Shown here: positions 40,401-53,744 of the stretch, one piece after another
How the letters are laid out: each line of letters starts with the position of its first letter
Numbering within the stretch: the first letter of the stretch is position 1
Source: Catajapyx aquilonaris
Taxonomy: Eukaryota
Length of the DNA stretch: 64,000 nucleotides
Assembly (NCBI GenBank): GCA_000934665.2
Contig: KZ539491.1
Coordinates: 1-64,000, forward strand
Direction: 5' to 3'
Program-made: the position numbers and the translations under genes
The notes under the pieces: generated by a model
The model's database searches: none
Told to the model about the DNA's origin: nothing
Seen by the model: the letters and a program-made list of their open reading frames with translations, nothing else

Positions 40401-43400
40401 TGCCATCTTATACTTCAGTATTGTTCTACAGTGCCAACAATCAATATCCATCCGCTACATTAGTCCTAACATTATTTTTGTGCTTTTCAAAATGCGCAAC
40501 TAGGCTACAACTCGCCTCTGTATGGACATTTATGCGGTTCAAGCGATAATTCCTCTCCAAAAGGACATTCAACAGTGCCCTCATTTACGACAGCTCCGAC
40601 TTTACAAAACCAGTTATAAGTGTGCACAAAATGAACCACCAATCCCCTTAACATCACAACCGTCTTCTCTCGAGTACAAAACTATTTCCTCGTATACGAA
40701 GTGTCTGCGGCTCACCCCTTCAAAAAAAAGAGACATCTTATAGGAGACTGTGCAACTTCACAGGAGAAAATTGGCACAGTATGAGACGAAGGTAATGCTG
40801 CAGACTGAGCTGAATGAGAGTACGATCTGGTTCTCGATTCAGGAGGTAACCGCAAGCCGAGAAGGGGACGACTGTTCCCAAGCCTGATCGATGCGCCTTT
40901 ACTGAACAACCCGCGCTTTCCACAGACGGCCAGATGTGGCTGCCACTTGGCTTACCCCTCCACTCGATGCCAACCACTTTCTGCCTTCCCGCCTTGACAT
41001 GGACATCTTGGATGGAACGAAGTCTGCTGTAACTTTGAGGCCCGAAGCGCGCGTCTAATCACGCTCTTTCATCCTGGACGTTGGGCTTACCTGCTATACC
41101 GCGTGGTGCGGGGAAGTTTGCAGGCCAGGATGAGACCAGGTTTAGGGAGGCCTGGGGGGAAATGTTGAATTTCATGAGATCAGTAGTGCGGTATGATTCA
41201 GAAGTAATGGGCTTAACAGCGTGTAGGGAAACTCGTTTTTGGTGCTTCATCCAAAAATAACTGGTGCCCCGGAGACATTGTTTGTTGGATGAAGATGGGT
41301 GCGACAGAAACAACATGATACGAAACAATATGCTAATTTTTGTGAAGTAATTGTATTCAATATTAATTTTGCTATCGTCCTGTGAAAATGCTGGACATTT
41401 TTGAACTATTCATATTACACTTAACGTATTCAGTATATAGTCTACACATTGCATTGTACACGGTATGATAATGTGTGGCCTACTTTTAGAATGAGTGGCA
41501 TATATTTACATTTGCTGAACAAGTTCTGGCAAGGGAAGTGCGCTTTTAAACAGTTCCGGAGGAAAAGTGCTATCACGAAGCGGTTTAAATGCCATATAAC
41601 AGACAGTTTGATCATATTTGTTACGTGACATTAATGGTAGGCTTGCATGGAAGCAACCTGCGTGGCCCAGATAAGAGACTCGACAGAATATTGTTCGCCT
41701 TGCATCGCAGAACATCCAAGCTGCATTATACTCGCACGTACAGCATTATGTTTCGTATTTGGGATTAAATCGGCTTTCATTAGAACGCCATGCTAGTAAA
41801 GCCAGCTCGTGCGTTAAGTTATTGTACTAGGCGGGGTCTATGATTATGATGCCACGACCTTGCATTCGAATCTGCTCTGGAAACACACAAAAAAAAGCCT
41901 GACAGGAACATTCTGTTGCCCAGTCACACGTCTGTCAACAACGCGCGCTTCGAATTCCAAAGCCAGATTGTAACGTGAATCAGCCCCCGTCCAGCCAATA
42001 ACCGAGTTGTAACTTTTCTTTTTTGTGTTCTGTCACTCGAGTCCGGAAGTAATGGAGCATGAAATTTGGAATCTGACGCGACTGGCGGGTTCTTTGTCAG
42101 GGTGGGAACCTCACTTCTGGGCCATTCTGAGTGAGAGCTCCCAAAATGGATCAAAGTTAGCAGACTTAGGAAATTCGTAATTTCCATCTCTAGGTAGGGT
42201 ATGGTGGAAAGGAGGTTTTTGGAAGCACATTACTCTGGGCCTGGAAATGAGCTTAATACCCGCAAAACCCTAGAGTTTGGGAAGCATGTAATGCAAGCCT
42301 GTTGAGCGCTTCAAACAGCTGGCTTTGAACCGTTTGAATCTTTCTCCAAGCCTTGCGTTGCTGCGAGATGGGGAATATACGGTAGGGGCTACTCATTCTT
42401 GGCAGAAGGGAGTTGGCCACTTTGTCTTTGGGAAAAGGGGAGTTGGGTGGGTAGGCTCCATCTATCTCCTCTCCCCAAGTTTCCCCCTTTGTCTCTTTGT
42501 ATTCAGTCCTTTCCTTGGTGCGGCCCCTAATTCCAGGCAGGAAGCGACGAGAGAGCCCCAGTAGTGGCAGTGCCGAAGCGAGGAAAAGACCGATTGAAAA
42601 GCTAGGCAAGGGGGAATCCATTTCCGTCCGACCTCTTCTTTTCTGCGGCTGTTTCAGTGGGGGAACCAAGATAATGGCCGCAGCCGAAGGACTCACTCTA
42701 TCCCCACCCGCCTCCTCTCTCTTGGGGGAAAAGAGGAAAAAGATCGATCGATGGATAGGCATATCTTCCTCGGTTGCTGACCAAGGTGCATCGGATTCAA
42801 TCGGCGTTTCAGGCCCTCCAGTAATGGCTGGTGCTTCAATGATGGCCACCATATTTGCCTGCTCTGATGGGTTTTTGTCTGGGGCTTGATTCGTAATCAC
42901 TCATTGGAATGATCCTTTCTGGTGGATGCAATCTCTGCCAATGTGTCGGATGCCCTTGACTAGACCTGAGAGTGAACTTATGACCTACTTTGCCCTTAGC
43001 GGCCCATTTTTTTTACCTGCTAGGAAAGGACAAGGAGTCTGCATATACTGCACTTGCGACATTACTCCTTGGATGATGTCATGCCGGGTCTGCAAGGCGC
43101 GCAGAAAGGGTTGGCAGTTGGACAAGGACCTTCCGGAAATATTTGGGAGCTCCTGCTCTTGACTCCACTGGGTCCCCTCATGCAATACCTACCGTCACTT
43201 GTTTGCTAAACACAAGAAGAAAACACACTCTGCTCAAGCATGCAGTCTACTGATTTTCCCCCACACACGGCGGGGACCTGTTGCCCTCACCATTCGTTAC
43301 ATAAAGACTGGTTTATACCACCTAGATATTTATACCTCTAACTCAATGTGGGGGGAAAAAACGATCCCACTAATTTCCCACGTGGAACCATCTTGGGAGG

Positions 43401-46400
43401 CCAGTTTGACAGCACCGCCATATTGATTTCCGAGGTGGTAGGTAACCAAAAAAAAAAAAAGAAGTGCGGCATCCGTGGTGCGTCTCCTTCCGCGGCCTTG
43501 TAATAGCTAATTCCGGAAGATTGGATGGCGTCACAGTTGACAAGATCCTTAGGGCACGGCTCACACTGGGACCTGTTTCTTGGAGATTAGGTGGATGAGT
43601 GTTGACGCAGGATCATTGAGGCGAGGTGCACTTCTTTTTTTCCGGTGTTGTTTCGCCACCTGCTACTCAGCAAAATGCCGGACCCATGGTGGCCAGACAG
43701 TGTGGATTGCCAAAAGCACCGGGGGTGATGAATATTCATTGCCACCATAGCCTTCCGCACCCCTAGCACCCGCCACCCCATGTCGCTTTTCTGCCAACTC
43801 GGCAGGAGTAAACATTGCTCACCACATCTTTAAATTATCGCCGGGGCTTATATGGCGTTGGCGTAAATTTGTACTGAGGATTAGGGAAATATGTTAAGTT
43901 TGCACTTCCCGGGGGTGCGGCCCCACTTTTCATTAATTATGCGCCACTTTGGGCCCTGCAGGTGTAAAATGCAAATCTGATGTCAAGGAAGGGTCTCCAT
44001 TTTTTGAACCTTTTTTTGAACAAAAATGTGCAATGGCGGTCTATTTTTTTGGAATGTATTACCATTCTCGTTCCTTCCTAAGCGGATCCATATGCAACGA
44101 GTGTAATGTCTTGGAGCGGTTCTATTTAAACTGTGGCCAAAGTAGGCAAGACAAGATTGCTCATCTCGGTTGGGAGGGCGGGAGTCGCTCTTTATGTCCC
44201 CCTTCAAGTTTATGCCGATGCTATCCGGCGACAATTCAATGGCGAGAGGCCAGAGATAAGTTCGTCATAAACTCGCCGCTGTGCACATCCCTACTCCGTC
44301 CCTAACTAAAATCAGGTTTCCTGGCGCAGGCCTTTCCCCATCACAAGCACAGATTCCTAGGCTTATCGTCACGCATATGCCGCTCCAACACAGGCACCCA
44401 ACTTGGAAATCATTGTCACCAGCATTGTCATCGGCACCCAAATGGTGAGAGAAATCTTTGTCATGTCCACATGGAGAAACCATGGCAACCAGATGGGCAA
44501 TCCATATCCAACCAGATGGACCATATGGATATCATAGAAATTTAGGTACACCAACTCTCAATTTTTCACTAGGAGTATTATGGGATGTGGTACTTCTGAA
44601 GAACGTATGTGAGCAGTCAGTGAAGAAAATAATGCTGGTTCATCACATCCTTGCGAGTGGGCCAAGGGTGTGTAGCAAATGTGTGCAACAACCCGTGTTA
44701 ACACATTCGTCTGCCAGAGACCTGCTCTAAATTTATAAGTTACCTGCAGGTCTGTGAACGACTTGGCGCACAGATTTCCTCCGCTTTTGTTATGTAAATC
44801 ACGGCCACTTTTAGCCGGAGAGGATCTATTGAGAGTGGTGAAGGGCAACAAGTCACATTACTTACTACATGTTACCCATCCAGTTATAGGCTTTCAAGCC
44901 CTAAGGACTGCATTCTTTTCGCTTCTAGGAATCTTGGCATCCGTCGGATTGTTCCCCAATACTCTGGCAGAATGTAGTATATTCCTCTACATTGTTTCCC
45001 CAGCTGAACCCAAACACGCTTTGTTCACGTGTCCTTTTTTCGGGCGCTAGCTTATTAACTCCTGGTCCACCGTGTTGACCCATATGGCGTGATATCTAAT
45101 CATAACACCATTGAACACCTGCTGTTTGAAAAGCGAGCACGACGGGCCAAACTGATTTTGGAGAGGCCATGCCATTGTTGTACGAAGGTCAACAACCATC
45201 AAAAAAAGGATGTATCGGTCAACAGCTTCCCTCATTGCACATGCCATTTGCTTTAGCCTAGTAGTGCTTAATAATTGGCCAATGGTTTGCAGGTATTAGG
45301 CAATCTTTTTTGTATTTTTGGGAGCAGAGATGTTATCTTGAAAATTTAAAAATATCGGGTGAGTTTGTCGTCCTCCAGCTTAGTCTCTGCTATAGTCTCA
45401 TATGCTCTTACATGGGTTACCATCGTTACTATAGTTGTTGAGAACTTCTAGTGCAAAATGGTCCCATTAACCGATATGAAATAGATCGCCTTTCATACAT
45501 GTAGCTGCTGCTATGAAGCACAAATTTATATAATTTTTGAAAGTTTGCACCCTGCATTCTTCTCCTGACATTAGCTGATGATGATATATTTTCTCTAGGG
45601 AAAACAAAGTTCGTGTCTAACGCCACTAGTAATCTCACACTCGAGTTTCCCAGGCAGCCTCCACTTTGGCGTAAAATGGCTGCCTCCCCCTCCTCTCTCC
45701 CACTCCCATCCCCACTTCTTCCTCGCAACCGTCCCTTCCATCAACACTCCTAACGATTTTGAAAGCCCAGCCTAGGTCGTTCATATGTTATCACAGGATT
45801 TGGCCTGCAGTTCTGATGAGTATGCAACCCCTTCAGGCACTTGCTTGTTGCGGGATGCCCGTTTTATTGAATTTGACTTGTCCATGCAAATGAATCTCTC
45901 GATCAGTTTGGCAGCTGTCCTCCTCTTCAATGGATAGCAGCTAAGTAGAGTTTTGGTGGAAGGAGGGTAGCAAGGAAGTGTAGAATTCCCAGCTCTGCCC
46001 CTCCTTTCCCGAGTTGGCTGCTTATCCGTCTCATTCTCTCGGTTGACAACGGCCTCGATAAGCAGCTAGAAGGATGGGGAAATGGGGCTGAGTCAGCTCG
46101 CAAAAGTTCAGGGGCCACTTTCCGGAGCACGCCGATTATTCCTGCCCCCCCTTTTCCCTCCTTCCCTTAGCGAAGCTCCCCTTCCTCCACTCCCTACTAA
46201 CACCACACTCCTTACTCTTTTTTTCTTCCTAGGAGAGAACGCTCGAGAAGGAAATGGTGCAAAGATGAGGGCCAAGCTTCACTTTGCTCGGTATCCGGGC
46301 GTTTGTTGCGTTTGCTAGGGGGTCGTACACATATTTTGACGCTAGCGTATTACTGGAGCCTAACCCACAGAGCCATCTGGTAGTGCTTCGCAGATGTTGA

Positions 46401-46828
46401 GATAGCCAGGGGATGGTGTTATGTAGTGCAGGTCGATGGGGACGTTGTTGGTGAGACGGGTCAGTCAACCAATTTTAATTGCAGAATGTTTGTGACGCAA
46501 TTCTGCCATCCGCGGATTGGTAACGATCAGTGTCGGACCGCTGGGTATCTGACTGCAAAGTGCGGTTATGTGCAGAATCCCAGAGTGGAATTTACTCATG
46601 TGGTCATGTACCAGCCACAGATAAATCCATGTATGCGGAAAATTGTTCAAATATGGATTAGCGGTCAAATCACAAAATAATGAGAAATGAACATGACTTG
46701 ACCTGTTCACCCAATCTCGAGGTGTGGATAAGTCTTAACAAATCCTTAAGAAAGATGGTAATTTTTTTGCATGAAAAACGCAGTCATCTATTTCACATGC
46801 ATGTGCCTCACCAGAGATGCACTCGGAT

Positions 46829-46976
46829 GTACTATCGGGTTCAATTAGTTCCGGCCACTTTATCCTGGTCTTGAAGCAACCCTTCACACACCCACACCTC
46901 CTCACCGTGGGTCCTGTGCGAAGGGTTGCTTCAAGACCAGGATAAAGTGGCCGGAACTAATTGAACCCGATAGTAC
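46829..46976 (-). mobile_element. Hairpin MITE family, copy E (variant subfamily, perfect arms)
   Basis: Perfect 57-bp inverted repeat GTACTATCGGGTTCAATTAGTTCCGGCCACTTTATCCTGGTCTTGAAGCAACCCTTC around a 34-bp loop. Confidence 0.93.
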
Positions 46977-49900
46977 GGACTGTATACTAATAAGTATTTG
47001 TTGCAAAATGACGATGACATAATAATCCAGGTCGGTTCTGTGGTCGACACCAAGATACGAACCAAGGGCATCAAGAATTAGAGCCTGACGCCTATATAGT
47101 CCAGTAGGCTAAGGTACCTATGATATCGTTTTGCTAAGATACTGTATGGGCTAAAATATGGACCTTCTTGTACTTAACGTGTTATTTCCGGAAAAGTGAC
47201 TCGAAGGACAAGGGTGTTGACCGCTCTCCCTTATAGAGTTAATTTATCGATGTGGATGGCCCCTTGCTATTTGACATGATCAGCAAAGCAGCCGGAAATT
47301 GGCCGGTGATGGTTCCGTCAAGGAAAGATCCGCTCATGTCGTGTTCAAACAGCTTGCCGTGTTTGCATAACAAAGATGCCAATATGAAACGATCTGTTTG
47401 GTAGCACTTCATCATCTGTCGGGAGGGTTTCGAGCACAAGAAAACGGTTCTCTTTTTATGCTGAACGACCACCACTGTTTGCTTATGGTAATGTAATTCG
47501 CCCTACATTGGAGTGTACATTTTTGCGGGGAACATTTCTGATTGTAGGCTCTTATTTGATAGGGCCACGTAGTGTTTGGTAAGGGGTCTTCTTTGATAGA
47601 TGTTACAAGAGGAAGTTGATGGCAGTGTGACGAATAGTGACGTGGTACAACGGTAAAAGATGTGATATTACGGTTCAGATACGTCGTGAGTGAAGTGGTA
47701 TTGTATAGCAAATGTATGCATAACCTATGCCACGTGCGGATAGGAGAAGAATAGAAGGTTTTTGTCTGACTGGGCGGTTTGATTTTGTTTTTGGCAGCTT
47801 ACAAATGAAAATGCTGTGCAGCAGAAGGGAGCACTCTGCGGATGGTTTGTGGCCTGGGTCTAGAAGTGGCGGCAATCCCAATTGGCGATTCAGCTTGTTC
47901 GGATTCTCAGGGATGAGCTGTTCCTTGGGGGCCCTCATCCGTCATCTTGTTGGTGGTTACCCACAAGAGGGATTCCACCACCTGAGGAGACTCCTTGATT
48001 ATGTCAGGAAGAGTTCACATTGTTCGACCCCTTCCCGTTTACGAAAGGATGTTTCATACAATACTCCATTCAATAAAGGATCATCGCATACAATATGTAT
48101 AATGATCTTGACATACTTCAGTTATTGTGACATTATGCCGGTGATGTTTTTTACTGCACATTTATTGTATTTATTTACTGGAACGCCACAAAGAGAACAT
48201 ATACCTATGAGTCTATAGGACGGGCGCAATTTATTTTCTGAAGCCCTGCTGCCTTCCAAAGAAGCGGTTCCCCTTATATTGAGCGGAATAGTCCCGTATA
48301 ATCGTGTACCAGAGACCAGGTCTTTTTTTTGTGGGGACTCAGTGATGGAGGAGGAACGTCGTGAGAGATTGAGTTTGAAAGCTTGAAGTCGTAGGAAGGA
48401 TTTGGCTATTTCGGTGCCTTTATACTGAGACTTATAGAGAGGACTGTTTCAACAAGCACGTTTGGAGCATTGGATTGTCAGAAATTAATTCAAACTCTTT
48501 GGGGAATGGAAACTTTGATGCCGGTGCGACATCACGTAGGGGTGAATCGGAGCACCCTTCCTGAATAATTATTACAGAATGTGTTATGGATTATGATTTC
48601 GTCACGGAGAGTTGTTGATAAGTTCCTTCTAACTGTGATGGATATTGGGCCTACCGCGTGTCTGTAATCAGGGAAGTTGCAGTTTATACGACATTTGTAA
48701 TGCGCATTTGTACTTCCTAAAAAGTATTGGTAAAATTCAGTCCAGTCAATAATATTATACGCTTACGAAGACCTTCTGGTACGATATGCTGTTCTTCAAG
48801 GCTGATGGATATAATTAATATGAAATAATGCGTGGAGTGTGCGGGAAATTATCAGTTACTTTTTGGTGGCTGTCAAATATGTTAACTGTTAATATTAATT
48901 TGATTTGAAGCATCTTTATGAGGATTCATGTTTACAACACGCAGCTTTTATGCGAAAATGCATAATTATCGAATGTGGAATTTTTCCCCCTCCACTGCTT
49001 TCGAGGTATAAGCTATATATGTCAGTTTATTTTATTTCAAATGTACTTTATAATTATTACTATATAGTAAGTTATGTACTAAATATGTTGATTGCTTTAT
49101 TTTCATACCGTAAAGTCAATAGACCGCTGTTTTCATTCACCTTGCTTCCTGCTTTTATCTGTACCTGTATTATGCTCACATCAGCACTGCAAAAGTATAA
49201 GTACAGTAAGCCTATATAGCGTACAGAATGCACCAAATAAATCCTTAAATGCATTATTTTGTTCCGACTTGGGGCGAAGCACTCAAGAATGATTCATTAA
49301 GTACCTATTTGCATAATTACACTCATATAAATCAGCATGATGCAAAAAAGTGCATGCTTTGCAAGCGACTGACATTTTCCCAATAGCACACATTATTCTG
49401 CCTCATGGTGACGGGTATGAGTGTCAGTGAATATGCATTTAGTGCATAATCATTGTTGATGCATTAGGAGTGTTTCACCCTGCAGGCATATTAAAGCATT
49501 GAAGAGTTGAAAGCGATTCATTTGGTTGCGTCTGCACGTTTCAGATTTTCTTGACACACGGTTGCGATGAAGTGAAATTAATTAATTTTTCTAACACGTC
49601 GGCAGTAGACATTAATTCCCCATCTAGGTTCTGGGTGGAGTTTTTCAAATGTAGGTCGGGTTTTACGGACTTTTGCAATGATCAATTAAACAGTAAAGGC
49701 TGGTTATAAAAGTAGTTAGGTGCCGTGATTACCATGTACTTTGACATCACCTCCACCCCTCACCATCCATGTTGCACACTCATTGGCCTTTGGCCATGAA
49801 CTGGCTCCAACGGTAAGGTTTGTTGCACAGTAGATGCCAACATACGTATTAGTTATCATTATGAGTTACGATATGTGCAATGACAAGGAATTTCTTGCGA

Positions 49901-52900
49901 AAAATTATGATGATTATAACGAAGCTCGTTTCACCTTACCATGGAAGCAGAATTCAAGGCTAAGATATTGGATGGGAGGTGACATAAGTCGGATCGTATT
50001 TAAAATGTGTTATTTATGGATGGGGGGGGGGGGGATAAAAGAAGCGTNTAAAGAAGCGTGATGTACTACTTCATTATGGGCAGATGAAAGATTCAGCCGC
50101 ATACAGTAGGTACTTACTTTTCAATTAGGGTTTGCTTGTATAGATCTTGGTTCCTACTTATATGATTGATTTGACATGTTTGGCCTTCCTTAATTGCAAA
50201 TGGCATGCTTACAAGATCCAGCTAATTACTCCTTCCTTGCCTGGTACAATTTCGTCCAAGACGACTTGGGTTTTTGAAGTGCACTTGGCCAGGACCTCCC
50301 GAGTGAATTTTCGTTTGGCCCTCTGCTCTCCAAGAAAGCGTGTGGTTTCGAGTGCAGTTGAATTTAATTGGAGCCCAAGCTGGTGGTTACGGATCCCAAC
50401 AACTGTGGAGTCTAGAGGTCGACATGTTTGTTCCCAGCGGTTGTTGTTGTTGTTGTGCTTCTGGAGAGAACTTCTGACATTTTGCACCTTCTCGGCTAGC
50501 AATAAAAAACCCTGGGCTTGTTTTCCTCCTCCACAGCAGTTCTATTGTAAGCTTTCGATACAGTAGTGTAGCTTTCACGAATCATGTCCAAGGATTGTTG
50601 ACGAAATCTCCGCTGCCAAGCGCGCCTTATTTTTCTGCGAGGCCTGCAATCGTTTTGGGAAAGGGCCCCATTCATCAAGGGTTGTAGGTCACCTTTTCAT
50701 TACTTGGGACCTGGTAATGATCTGGCTGAAAGAGAAGTTACCATGGTTCCCAATAAAGGATAGCTCCTAGTGTTTGACGTCAGATCAGCACTTTATTTGG
50801 ACGTATCTGTCTAGCCTATTTAAAGAAAACATACAAATCCGGTTTTAATCCAATTTATACAAAAATACAAATATTGGTCCCTTTCTGTGGCGCCATCTCA
50901 CTTTCACATTTTACTAATTTGTGCAGATTTTTTTGCGCAAAATTCCATTATCCATGATCCACTTTTACTTCAATGGCACTGAATTGTTAATGAGCGTAGC
51001 AATTAATTCTGACCATATCAGCACGCAGCGTAACATGATTCGGTGGCGGCTGAAGTTGTATATCCAGTTGTATATATCAAGTAAAATAATTCATTCTGTC
51101 GATGTAGCCGATGTGATGCGATAACAATTGACAAATCAAGTTGTCGCAGGATTTGTCTGATCGGAATACCTAAAAGTTTGGCCTAGTATGGATATATAGA
51201 GAAAAAACCTGCACATTTCTCAACTAGATCCATTGTACGTATAGTATGGCTGCAGGATAGAATTGTCGAGAGCATTGACTGATGCAATGGCTCCTTTGGG
51301 ACATTTTAGCAATTGGAGAGAGAGAAAAAGTGCGGCATGTTGCCTGATTGTGAACCAAGAGATTTTTCTTGCACGTTCATTTGGCTCCTATATCCAGAAT
51401 CGATCTGACCACAAGATATTTTTTTCGGCGAGCAAAAGTAAACTCCCATGTGTACGTTAGCCGAACGATGTTTTTTTTCGTGTAACTCCACGTCATTGGT
51501 TAAGATCAGTCACGTCCAGTGCTGATAGATGATGTGCTTAAATTTCAGACATGCCATTTTTTGCAACTTGTTGTCTGTTATATGGTTATCATTATGTTCC
51601 TTATTATTTGCATCTCCGGTACTTTCCTGACACCCGGTGTAGACTATATTTCTATTTAGTCTGCTGGCTACGTTTTCGGCGTCTCTTTGTCAGAGATTCA
51701 TGCCCACTCGCTTCCACATGGGTTAATATGGCCCTGCTCGCAATTACCACTCATCACCCAGCTTGCCAGTTAGCCACTGCACTACTCAAGCCAGAGTTAC
51801 CAAAATGCACTCTTGTTAGTCACAGTTACCAGACTCCAAGGTATCAGCTCGATACATATTTTCCCATGATGTCGCAACCTTCCTGTCTCATCATCATTCA
51901 CCACTCAGTTTCATTTTGTTGTTTGGTTGACTGACTTGTACGGAGCCTTCTTTCCATAATTATCATAATATCGAGCTTTCTTGGCAACGTGAGTGGCCTA
52001 AAGCATTTTGTAGAGCGCTTAGCGAGCGCCTGAAGGCCAAAATGAGCTCGCTTTTGTCAAGAGTCAAAAGGAGGGGGCGTGATCTGGCTTGTCCTGAGCC
52101 AGGATTGACGTGCTCCGGGAGCTCCGGATTCCGCTCCCCGGAGCGTGAAGATGCCTAGATGGCGTCGGCATTTCCTTCGTGGGAAATTTTTTCTCCTGGA
52201 TATATAGTTGTTGTTTTTTTTCTAAGAAAAGAAATGGTAGGTATTGTTTTCTTTCTCTAGTGTATCCGGTCAGGATTGGGGATTACTAAGTCGTCCGCAT
52301 AGAGTTGTGGCAGTAGCAGGTGTTGCGTCGAAATCCTTGGGGATATCCTATTTTGGAGCAGCACAATTTTTTGGAATGAGGAGGGTGGAGTAACAGGGTG
52401 TGACAAAGATGTTTGCTTTTCGTGTCTCCAACGCTGTGTGTGGTCGGCTTTCAATTTTTGTGCGGGTATTAGCTCCTAGGGCTTGTCCTAGGGGGCTAAG
52501 AACAATGAATGTGGGGAGGGTTGGTTGTGCAGTACGTAATTTGTCAATGATTCAGTATGGTGCTTCTTTTTTTTATCAGATTTACTGGACAAAGTCGACA
52601 GGCGCGACGTTCCGGCATGTTTCCCGGCCATTAGCTTTTCACTTCTCTTCGAGCCTTTTCAATCCTGGGCTTGTCCGGCTCGAAAACTACGTTCTCGAGG
52701 GATACCAGGACATTGTTTGTGTCAATGGATTATTGCGCTTAACCCATGTGCGTGACAATGGTGATAATCTATAACGCCCAGCTATGCACGCTCATAATGT
52801 TACAATGCGAGTTGATGTTATAGTGACTATATGTTTGGGTAAGTTATTTAACGATGCGTGGTTTGTAAGCTAAAAACTATGCAATCCAAATAACCATCGC

Positions 52901-52973
52901 ATATTTTCTGTGTAATTGTACCTCGCTACATTATTTTGTAATATGATTTTGCAGTAATTATTGTTACTGAATT

Positions 52974-53218
52974 GAGGCGTTTACATGGGAAAGGGCGTAA
53001 GTCACAAATAAAAATTTTCACAGGGGCTAGGCAAAACACCAGTTTTGAGAACACCGTAAACTGAGCACAAAATATTTCCTATTGCTTTATTTGTTACAGA
53101 GTCATAAAAAGTCACAGTAAAAGCAGTTTATGAGTTTAACATTTAAATGTAGGCTACTTTTTTCCTTTTGTGGCACATTTCTCATTGTGACTTACACCCT
53201 TTTCCATGTCAACGCCTC
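52974..53218. mobile_element. MITE, 245 bp, 34-bp TIRs, AATT TSD (Sola-like)
   Basis: AATT|GAGGCGTTTACATGGGAAAGGGCGTAAGTCACAA matches the reverse complement of 53185-53218 at 31/34 positions, followed by AATT. A 4-bp AWWT target and GAG/CTC termini are features reported for Sola elements. Confidence 0.85.
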
Positions 53219-53606
53219 AATTGTTAGCTGCCTCATTTACTATAGCATTGCATGCTAACAACAAGATATAGGCTACTTGCCTGGGGTACGGGTTGTAAAA
53301 ATTTCCGGAATTATAGTGTAAAATTCTGCAAAACATTGCGTTGATGACTTTTTAATGAGGAGGGCAAATAGCACCCTCAACAGGCCGTGGGAAATAGCGC
53401 TTCTGAAATATTTTTCACTAAATGGATTAGGTTATTGTGACATACCGGTAGTCCGGTACTGCATAACATACTAAAGTGTCGTTGGGATAAATAGACGCGA
53501 TGCCTAGAAATGTGCGTGACTCGAAGCTTCTAAATGTCAAATTGTCTAGCTGTATAATAATCCGGGTAGTGTGTGCGAGGGTTTATCGCCCTGACTTTAT
53601 GACCGT

Positions 53607-53744
53607 ATGACATTTTGGAACCTTGCACAGAACGTGGAAGTGACTGGGAGGGAGGTGCAGATGCGACAGAAATGTGTCAACTTGTCTCGGCATATAAGGC
53701 AGCTGGTATATAACAAGCTGAAAAGAAAGGAAAAGTGGTCAGGT
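53607..53744 (+). pseudogene. Possible decayed Myb/SANT-like (trihelix/MADF) domain fragment, Harbinger-type
   Basis: FWNLAQ...TG...QMRQKCVNL, then after a frameshift SAYK, and later SG. This resembles W-x-x-IA...QC-x-x-KW-x-NL-x-x-x-YK...SG. Pattern recognition only. Confidence 0.25.

Noticed and set aside
42253..42900. Longest ORF (215 aa, minus strand) and overlapping ORFs
   Set aside because: No recognisable domain, a non-ATG start, and open frames on both strands in a GC-richer patch, which is typical of chance ORFs.
45107..45133. TIEHLLFEK resembling a non-LTR retrotransposon zinc-knuckle
   Set aside because: The CxxC and final Cys are missing, and there is no adjacent reverse-transcriptase sequence.
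49921..49940. GAAGCTCGTTTC resembling the start of miR-993
   Set aside because: The match stops after ~12 nt and no hairpin partner is evident.
52112..52158. GC-rich hairpin followed by CTAG as a Helitron 3' end
   Set aside because: CTAG is followed by A rather than the T of an AT target, and no 5' end or second copy is visible.
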